A stretch of 64,000 bases of DNA, from the NCBI GenBank assembly GCA_034002885.1, contig JAVEZS010000008.1, positions 6,001 to 70,000 of the forward strand, read 5' to 3'. Position 1 is the first letter of the stretch. Every line of letters begins with the position of its first letter. The notes below the pieces were generated by a model. That model worked only from the letters and a program-made list of their open reading frames with translations, ran no database searches and had not been told where the DNA came from. Shown here piece after piece: positions 37,425-47,389 of the stretch. The DNA is from Bacteroidales bacterium. Its GTDB lineage: Bacteria; Bacteroidota; Bacteroidia; Bacteroidales; VadinHA17. The position numbers and the translations under genes are program-made.

Positions 37425-39836
37425 ATGGATCATAAAAACTATATTGAGCATTTGAAATTATCGAAGGAAGAGATTCTTGCCGACTTCAGGCTGGCAAACC
37501 TCAGCCGTAATCTTAGTATCATAGGCCGCCGTGAGGTACTGACCGGAAAAGCAAAGTTCGGAATATTCGGCGACGGCAAGGAGATAATCCAGCTTGCACT
37601 TGCCCGGCAGTTCAGAAACGGCGACTGGAGATCGGGGTATTACCGCGACCAGACCTGGATGATGGCAATGGGACTTTACGACTCTGTCGAGTTCTTTCAC
37701 CAGCTTTACGGAAATACCGACAGGGAAATTAACCCAGGAAGCGGAGGACGGGTCTTTAATAACCATTTCTCAGTTCCCAATATAAATCCTGACGGATCGT
37801 GGCGCGACCTGACAAAACAGAAAAACTCCTCGTCCGATATCTCTCCAACGGCAGGACAAATGCCCCGCCTTCTCGGACTTGCCTACGCCTCAAAACTCTT
37901 CAGGGAGAACAGCGAACTCCACAAGTTCACAACTCTTTCGCTAAAGGGAGATGAGGTAGCCTTCGGTTCTATTGGAGATGCAAGTACCTCTGAAGGACAT
38001 TTCTGGGAGACAATCAATGCTGCAGGTGTACTGCAGGTGCCAATGGCTGTCTCAGTGTATGATGACGGTTACGGGATATCTGTCCCGAAAAAATACCAGA
38101 CAACAAAGGGAAGCATCTCTGATATACTGAGAGGATTTGAGGATGAGCCCGGAAAACCGGGTTACAGGATCTTTAAGGGAAAAGGATGGGATTATCCCGG
38201 ACTGGTAAAGCTTTATGAAGAGGGAATCGGGATCTGCAGACGCGACCATAAGCCTGTGCTGTTTCATATCGAGGAGGTTACACAGCCTCTTGGCCATTCA
38301 ACTTCAGGCTCGCACGAACGATACAAGAGCGAGGAGAGGCTGAAGTGGGAAAACGAATCTGACCCTATCGTTAAAATGAAGGAATGGATTATCAGCGAAG
38401 GCATCGCAACTTCAGATGAGCTCGACGGACTAGCCTCTGAAGCTGAAAATGAAGCAAAGGAATCAAGAAAACGAGGCTGGGAAATGTTCCAGAATCCCAT
38501 AAAGATAGAAAGAGACGCCCTGGTGAAGATAATAAATGAACGCAGCTGCAAGTGCGTTGAGGAGATCAAGGAAGCCGCCGTTGAGGATATTACTGAGGAT
38601 CTCAAAAAAGTTATTTCCCCGATCAGAAAGGATAATTTCATGGCTGCAAGAAAAATTCTCAGGAACATCTGCGGCACCTGTGTCAAGGCCGATAACCTGA
38701 GGGAAGATCTTCAGGGCTGGCTAAAACGTAATTACCGGGATGCTTCTGAAAGCTACAATACCTTCCTTTACAACGAGATGCCTACTTCGGTGATGAAGGT
38801 CAGCCCAGTCGAACCCAGATATCCGGAAAATCCCGAAGAAGTGCCCGGGCGCCAGATCCTGCGCGATAATTACGAAAAGCTTTTTACAAAATATCCCCTT
38901 CTGGTTACTTTCGGAGAGGATACTGGAAACATCGGAGGCGTAAACCAGTCGCTGGAGGGACTCCAGAAAAAATTCGGGGAACTGAGGATCACCGATACCG
39001 GGATCAGGGAAGCTACAATCCTTGGACAGGGTATTGGACTGGCACTGAGAGGAATGAGACCTATAGCCGAGATACAGTACCTCGACTATCTTATGTATGC
39101 CATCCAGATTCTCAGCGACGATCTGGCTACAACCCATTACAGAACTGCTGGGAGAATGGTGGCTCCCCTGATAATAAGCACAAGAGGACACCGGCTCGAG
39201 GGTATCTGGCATTCAGGATCTCCTATGAGCATGCTTATCAACTCGGTGAGAGGGGTGTATGTGTGTTCCCCCAGAGATATGACCCGGGCTGCTGGATTCT
39301 ACAATATCCTTCTCGAAGGGAACGACCCTGCAATAGTTATTGAACCCCTGAACGGATACAGGCTGAAAGAAAAAATGCCGGAAAACATCGGCGAATTCAA
39401 AATAGAACTCGGCGTTCCTGAAATAATGATCCGGGGAACAGACCTTACTCTTGTAACTTACGGGTCGACAGTCAGAATAGCAGCCGAAGCTGTAAAACAG
39501 CTTTCTATGCATGGCATATCGGTTGAACTTATTGACGTGCAGACTCTTGTTCCTTTCGACAGAAAAGGGATCATTGTTGAGTCACTAAGAAAAACCAACA
39601 GGATACTTTTTGTTGATGAGGATGTTCCCGGAGGAACTACGGCATATATGATGCAGGAAGTACTTGAAAAACAGGGAGGCTGGAATTATCTTGATTCTCC
39701 TCCGAGGACTCTTACCGGAAAGGAACACAGGCCTGCCTATACAACCGACGGAGATTACTTCTCAAAACCAAATGCAGAGGATATTTTCGATTCAGTCTAT
39801 GAGACAATGAAAGAATCACGTCCGGATAAATTCTGA
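37425..39836 (+). CDS. Fused alpha/beta E1 component of a 2-oxoacid dehydrogenase (TPP-dependent)
   Basis: 803 aa. The N-half carries TPP-binding E1-alpha features (FGSIGDASTSEGHFWE). The C-half carries E1-beta/transketolase-like features (DTGIREATILGQGIGLA; PRTLTGKEH). Confidence 0.8.
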   Translation: MDHKNYIEHLKLSKEEILADFRLANLSRNLSIIGRREVLTGKAKFGIFGDGKEIIQLALARQFRNGDWRSGYYRDQTWMMAMGLYDSVEFFHQLYGNTDREINPGSGGRVFNNHFSVPNINPDGSWRDLTKQKNSSSDISPTAGQMPRLLGLAYASKLFRENSELHKFTTLSLKGDEVAFGSIGDASTSEGHFWETINAAGVLQVPMAVSVYDDGYGISVPKKYQTTKGSISDILRGFEDEPGKPGYRIFKGKGWDYPGLVKLYEEGIGICRRDHKPVLFHIEEVTQPLGHSTSGSHERYKSEERLKWENESDPIVKMKEWIISEGIATSDELDGLASEAENEAKESRKRGWEMFQNPIKIERDALVKIINERSCKCVEEIKEAAVEDITEDLKKVISPIRKDNFMAARKILRNICGTCVKADNLREDLQGWLKRNYRDASESYNTFLYNEMPTSVMKVSPVEPRYPENPEEVPGRQILRDNYEKLFTKYPLLVTFGEDTGNIGGVNQSLEGLQKKFGELRITDTGIREATILGQGIGLALRGMRPIAEIQYLDYLMYAIQILSDDLATTHYRTAGRMVAPLIISTRGHRLEGIWHSGSPMSMLINSVRGVYVCSPRDMTRAAGFYNILLEGNDPAIVIEPLNGYRLKEKMPENIGEFKIELGVPEIMIRGTDLTLVTYGSTVRIAAEAVKQLSMHGISVELIDVQTLVPFDRKGIIVESLRKTNRILFVDEDVPGGTTAYMMQEVLEKQGGWNYLDSPPRTLTGKEHRPAYTTDGDYFSKPNAEDIFDSVYETMKESRPDKF

Positions 39837-39851
39837 TTCCCTCAGGGAATC

Positions 39852-41612
39852 TCAGGATGTGGCTCCTATTATTTTCAATAACTCAGATGCTGCTTCTGCG
39901 GGACCAGAGGTCTCGTGGCCATGTATCCCCAGACGGGTTCTCATCTGACCGACAAAGACACCGGATCTGAAGAAGGCGCTGAAATACCTTTCAGCTATCT
40001 TTTCGTGAGTATCAAAAAATTCAGGAGGTCCGAAAATATTCGCGAAATAGGAATTTACAAGTCCTGTTGAAGTGGTTGTGCCCTTGCTCATTACCGTTCC
40101 TTCCCTGAACACCCGGAGAGCTTCTGTTGCCGATTCGAACCTTTCTATAACAGGATGGGCCGTATCTGTTTCTTCGTAATTATTGGCGTACAGGATATAG
40201 TCGATCCTGTGTCCCTGAATAATAGTCTCAAAGTTGGTAACCGGTATTACTATCCTTGCATTTACCTGACTTGGGTTCATAATAATAGACCTGTCGAGAT
40301 GGCCGTAGGCATAACCCGGCTGAAGATCATCGAGACGGAGAAAAGCGCCGATCTCTGTACCGAAACCAAGCGGACGTCCCCAGTCATCCAGCTCTATTGA
40401 TCCCATATCGTCGGCAATTATCTTCATATCCCTGATATGCTTTTCTCCCAGTACCCTGAAAGCTTCCAGTGTCTCTGACTTGCCGGCTCCTGTATCGCCT
40501 ATCATCAGTATAGTGGCTTCCCTGGAACCATGGAGCAGTATCTTCACCATCGCACCATGAAAAGGCATGTTTCCTTCCCTCATGATAATTGAATTATGAA
40601 GAGTAAGGATCATTTTCTTCAGGTAACCGAAATACCCGAACTCCGGCCTGTCAGGAATAGCTCCGACAAAAACCGAATTTACTTCATCATTAAAGAAAAC
40701 AGTCGGGCAGGATGACAGCCCGTCGAGTCTGTTACCTCCGACACCGTAAATGAAAACCGCATCAGGTTGTTTTTCAAGCTCAGAATCCTCTGCCAGCTGG
40801 AAGAGATTGCACATTGAAAGCCCAAGTTCAAAAAAGTTAACATGGAAATAAACCATTATGATGAGTTTTCCTACCTTGGCAGGATAGCATAACCAGTCAT
40901 CGGAATTCAGTTCAGCAAGTTCAAGAGGATTCTGATTGATCTTTTTGAAGTCTCCAGTCCTTTTGTTCATGGGCTGTTGGATAACCAGAGGCGGATAAAT
41001 GAGTATCTGACGTATTACCGGGACGCAGTTCAGCTTGTCATATCTGCCGTCATTCCATCCGATTTCCTTGGGAAGGGAAATAACAGCCATTTCAGCACCC
41101 GCAGGTACCTGACGGTAAACAGTAGGATGGCTTCCCGTGGTGTTTTCCTGGATATGCCTGTAAACAGTGCGTACAAGGTGAGTCAGATGCTCAATCGTCT
41201 CGTTGAAGGTGCGGTAAGGCCTCTTGTCGAGCCTGTCACCTTCAGAATCGTTTATAATGAATCTGTCAAAATGCCGCCAGTAATCATACAGGTATTCTAC
41301 AAAACTGTTGAGCTTGTGGGGGTCCTTCAGAAAAACTGACGATTTATCGAAGATGTGGGGAACAACACTCCCCTCATACTTGAAAAGATATGCCAGTGTC
41401 TTTACAAAATCAGTTGTCAGCTCTTCATCGGGATTGACAGTGCCGAATATCTCCATCAGGGGGCTGTCTTTCTCTCTTAGCCTTTTTATGCAGTGATCAA
41501 CCACTGTCCTGAATTTTTCACTTGCCAGCAGTTCCTCGGCAGTTTCGCACATACGCTCCCGTATGTTGAGAACCGCTTTGTTACCAAGAATACGTAATGT
41601 ACTTTTTTGCAT
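39852..41612 (-). CDS. PEPCK/HprK-superfamily P-loop protein with a large N-terminal domain of unknown function
   Basis: About 586 aa counted from the ATG (track start 41627 is a TTG). MPFHGAMV...ILMIGDTGAGKSETLEAF...IADDMGSIELDD...GFGTEIGAFLRLDDL parallels the PEPCK kinase-1a/kinase-2 layout, but with an HprK-like GKSE P-loop. Confidence 0.55.
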   Translation of the reverse strand: MQKSTLRILGNKAVLNIRERMCETAEELLASEKFRTVVDHCIKRLREKDSPLMEIFGTVNPDEELTTDFVKTLAYLFKYEGSVVPHIFDKSSVFLKDPHKLNSFVEYLYDYWRHFDRFIINDSEGDRLDKRPYRTFNETIEHLTHLVRTVYRHIQENTTGSHPTVYRQVPAGAEMAVISLPKEIGWNDGRYDKLNCVPVIRQILIYPPLVIQQPMNKRTGDFKKINQNPLELAELNSDDWLCYPAKVGKLIIMVYFHVNFFELGLSMCNLFQLAEDSELEKQPDAVFIYGVGGNRLDGLSSCPTVFFNDEVNSVFVGAIPDRPEFGYFGYLKKMILTLHNSIIMREGNMPFHGAMVKILLHGSREATILMIGDTGAGKSETLEAFRVLGEKHIRDMKIIADDMGSIELDDWGRPLGFGTEIGAFLRLDDLQPGYAYGHLDRSIIMNPSQVNARIVIPVTNFETIIQGHRIDYILYANNYEETDTAHPVIERFESATEALRVFREGTVMSKGTTTSTGLVNSYFANIFGPPEFFDTHEKIAERYFSAFFRSGVFVGQMRTRLGIHGHETSGPAEAASELLKIIGATS

Positions 41613-41755
41613 GATACTATTAAACAAAACTGGGCAAAAATATTACATTATTCAATCGAAATACGTTTTATGCTTAATTATTTTATATATCATTTGGCAT
41701 GATTTTTATTTGTAAATATTAGAAATGTTTGGATTTGGTTTTTTATTTTTACAAT

Positions 41756-42346
41756 ATGAAACCCGAAATGGATCTTTTCGCAATATTGCCCGAAGACAAG
41801 ATTCCGGAGAAAGGAAAGATACTTATATCTGAGCCTTTTCTTCCGGATACTTTCTTTAACCGCAGTGTTGTGTTCCTTACCGATCATAATCCAAAGGGAT
41901 CGGTAGGATTTATTCTGAACAAAAAACTCGATCTTAGGATAAGTGATGCTGTTTCAGGTTTCGAAGGGTGGGAGGAGAATCTGAGCATGGGCGGACCCGT
42001 TGCTCCCGATACGCTTCATTATATCCACAGCCTCGGACACTTGATCCCCCAGAGTGTTCATGTGGAAGGAAATATTTTCTGGGGAGGGGATATTGATTCC
42101 GTCAGGGCCCTTATCAGGACAGGTACTGTCAGACCAGGTCAGATCAGATTCTTCCTTGGCTATTCAGGATGGTCGGCAGGGCAGCTTGAACGTGAGCTTA
42201 AAGAGAATTCGTGGGTAATAACCCGTGTTAATTCCGAAACGATCATGAACAGCAGGGGAGTCGACAGCTGGAAAAAAGTTCTCAGGTCTTTCAAAAACAA
42301 ATACCGCGTATGGGCCGATTTCCCTGAGTCGCCCGACATGAACTGA
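41756..42346 (+). CDS. YqgE/AlgH family protein (UPF0301)
   Basis: GKILISEPFLPDTFFNRSVVFLTDHN...GSVGFILNK family signature. ATG at 41756; the track start is a TTG. Confidence 0.8.
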   Translation: MKPEMDLFAILPEDKIPEKGKILISEPFLPDTFFNRSVVFLTDHNPKGSVGFILNKKLDLRISDAVSGFEGWEENLSMGGPVAPDTLHYIHSLGHLIPQSVHVEGNIFWGGDIDSVRALIRTGTVRPGQIRFFLGYSGWSAGQLERELKENSWVITRVNSETIMNSRGVDSWKKVLRSFKNKYRVWADFPESPDMN

Positions 42347-42360
42347 CGGTTTTGTTTTCT

Positions 42361-43368
42361 TTAGTGTAAAATCTTATAAATCATCTCTTTCAGAAGATCA
42401 CCCGGCTCGGTGCCCGCATCCCCGAATCCCTTTGACTTCAGATCGTAGGTTCTCAGAAGACTGATGATATTAATGGTACGCGAAGCATTGTATCTTGTTG
42501 CCCACACCTCGTAATCCTTTACGAAAAAGGGATTGATCTTAAGTGCTGCAGCCACATTATTCTTCGATTTGTCGGTCAGATAGTGATAGGCAAGAAGCTT
42601 GGTGAAAAGGGAGAAGAGAGAGGCAACGGTAAGGGTTATTGGATTATCCTTCTGATTCTCGCCGAAATAGTTGACAATCCTGTTGGCTTTCAGTACATTT
42701 CTTTCTCCAACAGCTTTCTGCAGTTCAAAATTATTGAAGTCTTTGCTTATCCCTATATTTTTTTCGATCAGCTGACCTGTTATAACAGGCTTGCCTGCAG
42801 GAAGTGTAATAAGAAGCTTATCAAGCTCATTAGCAATTTTGTGAAGATCGGTCCCCAGATATTCGCTCAGAAGAGCTGACGCTCCGGGATCGATCTTCAC
42901 ACCTTTCGTCATCAGATACCTTTCTGCCCATGGGGCAACCTGGTAGTCGCGTAGCCTCATCGATTCGAAGTAAACGCCCTGAGCCTCGAGTGTCTTGTAT
43001 AGCTTTGTCCTTTTATCAATCACCTTGTATTTGTAGTTGATAACAAGGATTGTTGACAGCAGAGGCTTCTCGAGATACAACGCCAGATCTTCCGTCTTCC
43101 TCAGCGATTGGGCTTCCCTGACGATTACAACCTGATGGCTGGCCATCATGGGAAAACGTTTTGCAGTATCAATGATGGCGCTTATTGTTGTATCCTCACC
43201 GTATAGAACTACCTGATTGAATGCTTTTTCTTCTTCCGTCAGGACTTTCTCAGCAATGAAATCAGTTATAAGATCAATATAATAAGGTTCATCGCCCGCA
43301 AGAAAATAAACCGGCCTGAAGATCCTCTTTCTCAGATCTGACATTATCTCATCATACGATGCAGGCAT
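42361..43368 (-). CDS. holA: DNA polymerase III delta subunit
   Basis: 335 aa, N-terminus PVYFLAGDEPYYID and an overall delta-subunit pattern. Confidence 0.8.
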   Translation of the reverse strand: MPASYDEIMSDLRKRIFRPVYFLAGDEPYYIDLITDFIAEKVLTEEEKAFNQVVLYGEDTTISAIIDTAKRFPMMASHQVVIVREAQSLRKTEDLALYLEKPLLSTILVINYKYKVIDKRTKLYKTLEAQGVYFESMRLRDYQVAPWAERYLMTKGVKIDPGASALLSEYLGTDLHKIANELDKLLITLPAGKPVITGQLIEKNIGISKDFNNFELQKAVGERNVLKANRIVNYFGENQKDNPITLTVASLFSLFTKLLAYHYLTDKSKNNVAAALKINPFFVKDYEVWATRYNASRTINIISLLRTYDLKSKGFGDAGTEPGDLLKEMIYKILH

Positions 43369-43370
43369 AT

Positions 43371-44141
43371 TCAGAATTTAAGGTGTTTTACCGAGATACC
43401 GTTGTCAATAATCTCGCGCAGTGCATCGATCCCTATCTCCAGATGCATGTCGACAAACCTGCTGGTCACAACCTTGTCGCTTTCCTCGGTCTTTATTCCT
43501 GTCGATATCATAGGCTGATCTGAAACAAGAAGAAGAGCACCTGTAGGGATCTCATTGGCAAATCCTACAGTGAAAATAGTGGCAGTTTCCATGTCTATGG
43601 CCATCGCCCTTGTTTTTACCAGATACTTCTTGAACCTTTCATCATATTCCCAAACCCTTCGGTTGGTTGTGTATACAGTGCCTGTCCAGTATTCCTTATT
43701 ATGCCGTGTTATGGAAGCCGATATTGCGCTCTGAAGCTTAAAGGCCGGCAATGCAGGAACTTCCAGAGGCAGATAATCGTTAGACGTACCGTCGCTTCTT
43801 ATGGCAGCAATGGGAAGAATAAGATCCCCCAGCTTGTTTTTCTTCTTCAGACCTCCGCACTTGCCGAGAAAGAGAACTGCCGACGGACTAACTGCGCTCA
43901 GCAGATCCATAATAGTGGCAGCATTGGGGCTTCCCATCCCGAAATTTATAATTGAAATACCTTTCGCAGTGGCGTTGGGCATATTCTTGTCTCTGCCTTC
44001 AACCTCCACATCATGCCATTTTGCGAAAAGCTCCACGTAATACAGGTAATTGGTGAGCAGGAAATATCTGCCAAACTCACTCGTTGGCTTGCCTGTATAT
44101 CTAGGAAGCCAGTTGTTTACTATATCCTCTTTGGTCCTCAT
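43371..44141 (-). CDS. amn: AMP nucleosidase (short form) / PNP_UDP_1 family nucleosidase
   Basis: 256 aa, with FLGKCGGL, AIDMETATIF and LLLVSDQP motifs. Confidence 0.7.
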   Translation of the reverse strand: MRTKEDIVNNWLPRYTGKPTSEFGRYFLLTNYLYYVELFAKWHDVEVEGRDKNMPNATAKGISIINFGMGSPNAATIMDLLSAVSPSAVLFLGKCGGLKKKNKLGDLILPIAAIRSDGTSNDYLPLEVPALPAFKLQSAISASITRHNKEYWTGTVYTTNRRVWEYDERFKKYLVKTRAMAIDMETATIFTVGFANEIPTGALLLVSDQPMISTGIKTEESDKVVTSRFVDMHLEIGIDALREIIDNGISVKHLKF

Positions 44142-44326
44142 ACGCCGAACTCCTGTGGTTTAATTTTTTTCATTTTTATTATTACCTTCTCTTTAATTAC
44201 CTTTGTGGCACCCTCAGTCTGAAAAGCCTGATATGTTAACAGCCGGATGACCTGAGGGCTTCTCCGGATGATGCCGGACCAAATCAAAAAGTATTGATAA
44301 TCCGGGCTTAAAAATACAAAAGTAAG

Positions 44327-44800
44327 TTGAAACAGCTGAATCTTCCTGCATATTCCTTCAGGATAGAAGGAAAAGAAGGATCAGAGAAAATTTTTGACAG
44401 CCTCAGAAGGAAATGGGTAAGACTAACTCCCGAAGAATGGGTACGCCAGAACTTTGTGAGGTACCTTGTGAATGAAGGAGGCTACCCGCCCGGACTTATT
44501 GGCATTGAGGTAAACTTCAAACTCGGAACAATGAGGAAGAGAGTCGACATCCTTGTTCACGACAGGAATGGGAACCCCGTTATGATCGTTGAATGTAAAT
44601 CGCCCGAGGTAAGGATTTCCGATTTCTATGAGGACAAGGTCTACGACCAGGTCGGTGAATATAATTCTGGCTACAGGGTTCCCTATGCTGTGGTAACTAA
44701 CGGGATGTTGCATTATGCCTTCATGTTCAATTCTGCGAAGAACATTTATGAGCATATGCTTGAGATACCGCTTTATGAAGAACTTATTAAAAAGTTGTGA
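44327..44800 (+). CDS. HsdR N-terminal-domain-like stand-alone PD-(D/E)xK nuclease-fold protein
   Basis: 157 aa. EEWVRQNFVRYL then VDILVHD...PVMIVECKSP (D...ExK core). TTG start. Confidence 0.65.
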   Translation: MKQLNLPAYSFRIEGKEGSEKIFDSLRRKWVRLTPEEWVRQNFVRYLVNEGGYPPGLIGIEVNFKLGTMRKRVDILVHDRNGNPVMIVECKSPEVRISDFYEDKVYDQVGEYNSGYRVPYAVVTNGMLHYAFMFNSAKNIYEHMLEIPLYEELIKKL

Positions 44801-45795
44801 TGATTGTTGTTACCTGTGCAATTATAAGGAATGATGAGGAAAAAGTTCTCATCGTCAGAAGGGGTCCGGATTCGGATCATCCTTTTAAATGGGAATTCCC
44901 CGGAGGTAAGATTGCCGCCGGCGAATCTGACGAAGAGTGTATAATAAGGGAGATAAGGGAGGAACTTTCGATGGAAATAGTTATAAGGGAAAGGCTTCCA
45001 TCAACCGATTATGACTATGGTATAAAGAAGATAAGGCTCATACCTTTTATCTGCGATACACTTGACGACATCCCTCTTCTCTCGGAACATACAGAGTATG
45101 AATGGGCAGTTAAGGAGGATCTGAAAAACGCTGATCTCTGTGAAGCCGACCTGATTGTTGCCGGAAGCTATCTGGCGGACTTCAGACCGGAGGTAAAGAA
45201 AGACAGGGCAGGTACTGTTGATGAAAACCCGGAAATGTCGACCGGGTACAGCGAAATTGAGCTTAAAACGCTGGTTGCAGAAACAAGGGGAGCAAAGCAG
45301 GCTGAATGGATGGCTCTTTCTGCTGTTGAGAACAGCGGTATGCTCAACCGGCTTATTGAATATTCATATTCCGGCGATAAAAAACTGGCATCCAAATCCT
45401 CCTGGACACTCTCCAAGCTTTACGACAGCAATCCGGATGTACTCAGCGGCTACCTGCCCGGAATGGCAGAAAGTCTTGACTCATTAGGGAATGAGAGCGT
45501 GCAGCGGTCATTTCTTAGAATATTATCGATCAGCGATCTGAATAAGCTGGATGAGAGGCTTCACGGGATTCTGACAGACCATTGCTTCAGGATGATACGT
45601 TCAAGCTTATCTGCGATAGCCATCAAGGCTTATTCTATGGAGATAATATACAAAATGGCATTGCTGTATCCAGGACTTGCAAACGAACTTTCGGCTGCCA
45701 TCAGGATTATGGAGGAAGAAAAACTTGCTTCCGGTATTCTTGCAAGAGGAAGGGCAATCCTCAGAAAGCTTGCCGCTCCGCCTGAACACTCCTGA
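44800..45795 (+). CDS. Nudix (MutT-like) hydrolase fused to a C-terminal helical-repeat (HEAT-like) domain
   Basis: Nudix box GGKIAAGESDEECIIREIREELSMEI in the first ~130 aa. The remaining ~200 aa are all-helical repeats. The start overlaps the upstream stop (TGATG). Confidence 0.7.
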   Translation: MIVVTCAIIRNDEEKVLIVRRGPDSDHPFKWEFPGGKIAAGESDEECIIREIREELSMEIVIRERLPSTDYDYGIKKIRLIPFICDTLDDIPLLSEHTEYEWAVKEDLKNADLCEADLIVAGSYLADFRPEVKKDRAGTVDENPEMSTGYSEIELKTLVAETRGAKQAEWMALSAVENSGMLNRLIEYSYSGDKKLASKSSWTLSKLYDSNPDVLSGYLPGMAESLDSLGNESVQRSFLRILSISDLNKLDERLHGILTDHCFRMIRSSLSAIAIKAYSMEIIYKMALLYPGLANELSAAIRIMEEEKLASGILARGRAILRKLAAPPEHS

Positions 45796-47194
45796 TCCAG
45801 TCCGACATAAACTGCAGGACTTCAGGACTTATCGTCTCCTCGATCTCTCCGTATTCTGCCGGTAATCCTGTTGATGTAGGCTGAAAAAGGTGATTTAAAC
45901 CCGGAAAAATCTTTACCGTTACTTTATTATTACCTCCCGAATGCAGGGCTCTTTCAATTGAGGAAATGTTAATGCCGGCATTAACCTGAAGGTCCTTGTC
46001 TCCGTTTATGGCGAGCACAGGGCATTTTACCTTCTTCCAGTATAGTGCCGGGTCGGTCTTTATGAAAAATCTCAGCCAGTCGTACGAAGCCGGATTGAGA
46101 CCCGCCTTTAACCGTCCTATTCCCTTTTCTGTTTCCTCCGGCGAGGTGCCGCTTTTTTCAAGAATGCTCCTGTATTTTTCAACTATCTTTCTCTCTGCTT
46201 CATTGTTATCGGTTTCTCTGACAAGGATCCTGAATAGTTTTTTATTGACAGTAATGGCTTCGTCCGTTTCTTTCCTTGGGGCTCCTGATGCAAGGCTTAT
46301 ATCAAGGTTCTGCCTGTGAAGCACCCGATCACCCCTGACACCTGTGCCGGCAAGGGAGATGATAAAGGCGATTTCAGGATTTGCCGAGGCTGCCATCGGT
46401 GCAATGAACCCTCCTTCGCTGTGACCTGCAAGTCCGATGAAGGAAGCGTCAATCATTTTTTCCGACTTCAGAAACCTGAATGCTGCTTCTGCATCGGATG
46501 CAAAATCTGCAGATGTCGCATTAAGGGGAGAACCTTTCGATCTACCTGCTCCACGGTCGTCGTACCTTAGCACAGCAATGCCGTTTCTTGTCAGATGATC
46601 GGCTATGACCAGAAAGGGCTTATGTCCCAGTATCTCTTCGTCCCTGTTCTGGGTCCCTGATCCTGTTATTAAAATAACAGCAGGGTGGGGTCCTTCACCT
46701 TTCGGGACTGTAAGGGTTCCGGCAAGCTCAATTCCCGCAATCTGATTTGGGAATGTAACCTCTCTGGCAGTGTAGGGAAAAGGAGGAACGGGTTCCTGAG
46801 GCCTTTTAAGGGTATACTTCTCCCTGAGCTTTGAAAGAATAAGAGGCAGAGATGTACCTGCCTGTTTGAAGATCCCGTCAATGAGAGTGTCATTTTTTAC
46901 GGTTCCGTTGTACTCAGCAAGCAATAAAGGAGCAACTATACTAATCTCGTTCCCTTTTAAAGTTACGGGACCTACTTCTATTCCCTTTACTCCCTGGTCA
47001 GGACTGTCAAGCGTGGCCGTGAGCGAATCGTTCCCGGTTACGGAGAGATTGAAGATGACCCTCAGATATATACCTCCCGCGTCAAGCTTTCCCATCCACG
47101 AACCTTCAATTCCTGAGCCTGCAATTCCCTGGCCTGAGACCTGATAAGAGAAAAGCATTAATGCAATAAAAGGTAACAGTAAATAATTCTTCAT
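45761..47194 (-). CDS. Secreted alpha/beta hydrolase
   Basis: Signal peptide MKNYLLLPFIALMLFS and nucleophile elbow GHSEGG. The 3' end overlaps the convergent Nudix gene by 35 nt. Confidence 0.72.
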   Translation of the reverse strand: MKNYLLLPFIALMLFSYQVSGQGIAGSGIEGSWMGKLDAGGIYLRVIFNLSVTGNDSLTATLDSPDQGVKGIEVGPVTLKGNEISIVAPLLLAEYNGTVKNDTLIDGIFKQAGTSLPLILSKLREKYTLKRPQEPVPPFPYTAREVTFPNQIAGIELAGTLTVPKGEGPHPAVILITGSGTQNRDEEILGHKPFLVIADHLTRNGIAVLRYDDRGAGRSKGSPLNATSADFASDAEAAFRFLKSEKMIDASFIGLAGHSEGGFIAPMAASANPEIAFIISLAGTGVRGDRVLHRQNLDISLASGAPRKETDEAITVNKKLFRILVRETDNNEAERKIVEKYRSILEKSGTSPEETEKGIGRLKAGLNPASYDWLRFFIKTDPALYWKKVKCPVLAINGDKDLQVNAGINISSIERALHSGGNNKVTVKIFPGLNHLFQPTSTGLPAEYGEIEETISPEVLQFMSDWIRSVQAERQAF

Positions 47195-47389
47195 CAGAAT
47201 ACTCTTTACTGGCAAAAATAAGGATTTATGTCAATCAATTTGAAGGATGGTTACTAATAAGGTCTCAGGACTGCAGTGTTTTCTGCCCTTCTGAAAGAGG
47301 GTAAAGGCAGAATCACTCCAGACTCCTGAACGGAGAGAGAACATTAAGGAATTCTTTTGTATTTTTGCAGGTCATTTAAAATCACGGGG

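Noticed and set aside
44205-44275. CCCTCAG...CTGAGGG inverted repeat and duplicated CCGGATGA in the amn / hsdR_N-like intergenic region
   Set aside because: The short 7-bp arms are separated by a 33-nt loop and have no terminator tail. This is compatible with chance.
45761-45795. 35-nt convergent overlap of the Nudix-HEAT and alpha/beta hydrolase genes
   Set aside because: It is probably genuine but unremarkable. Either C-terminus could be non-essential, and there is no sign of a frameshift or recoding signal.
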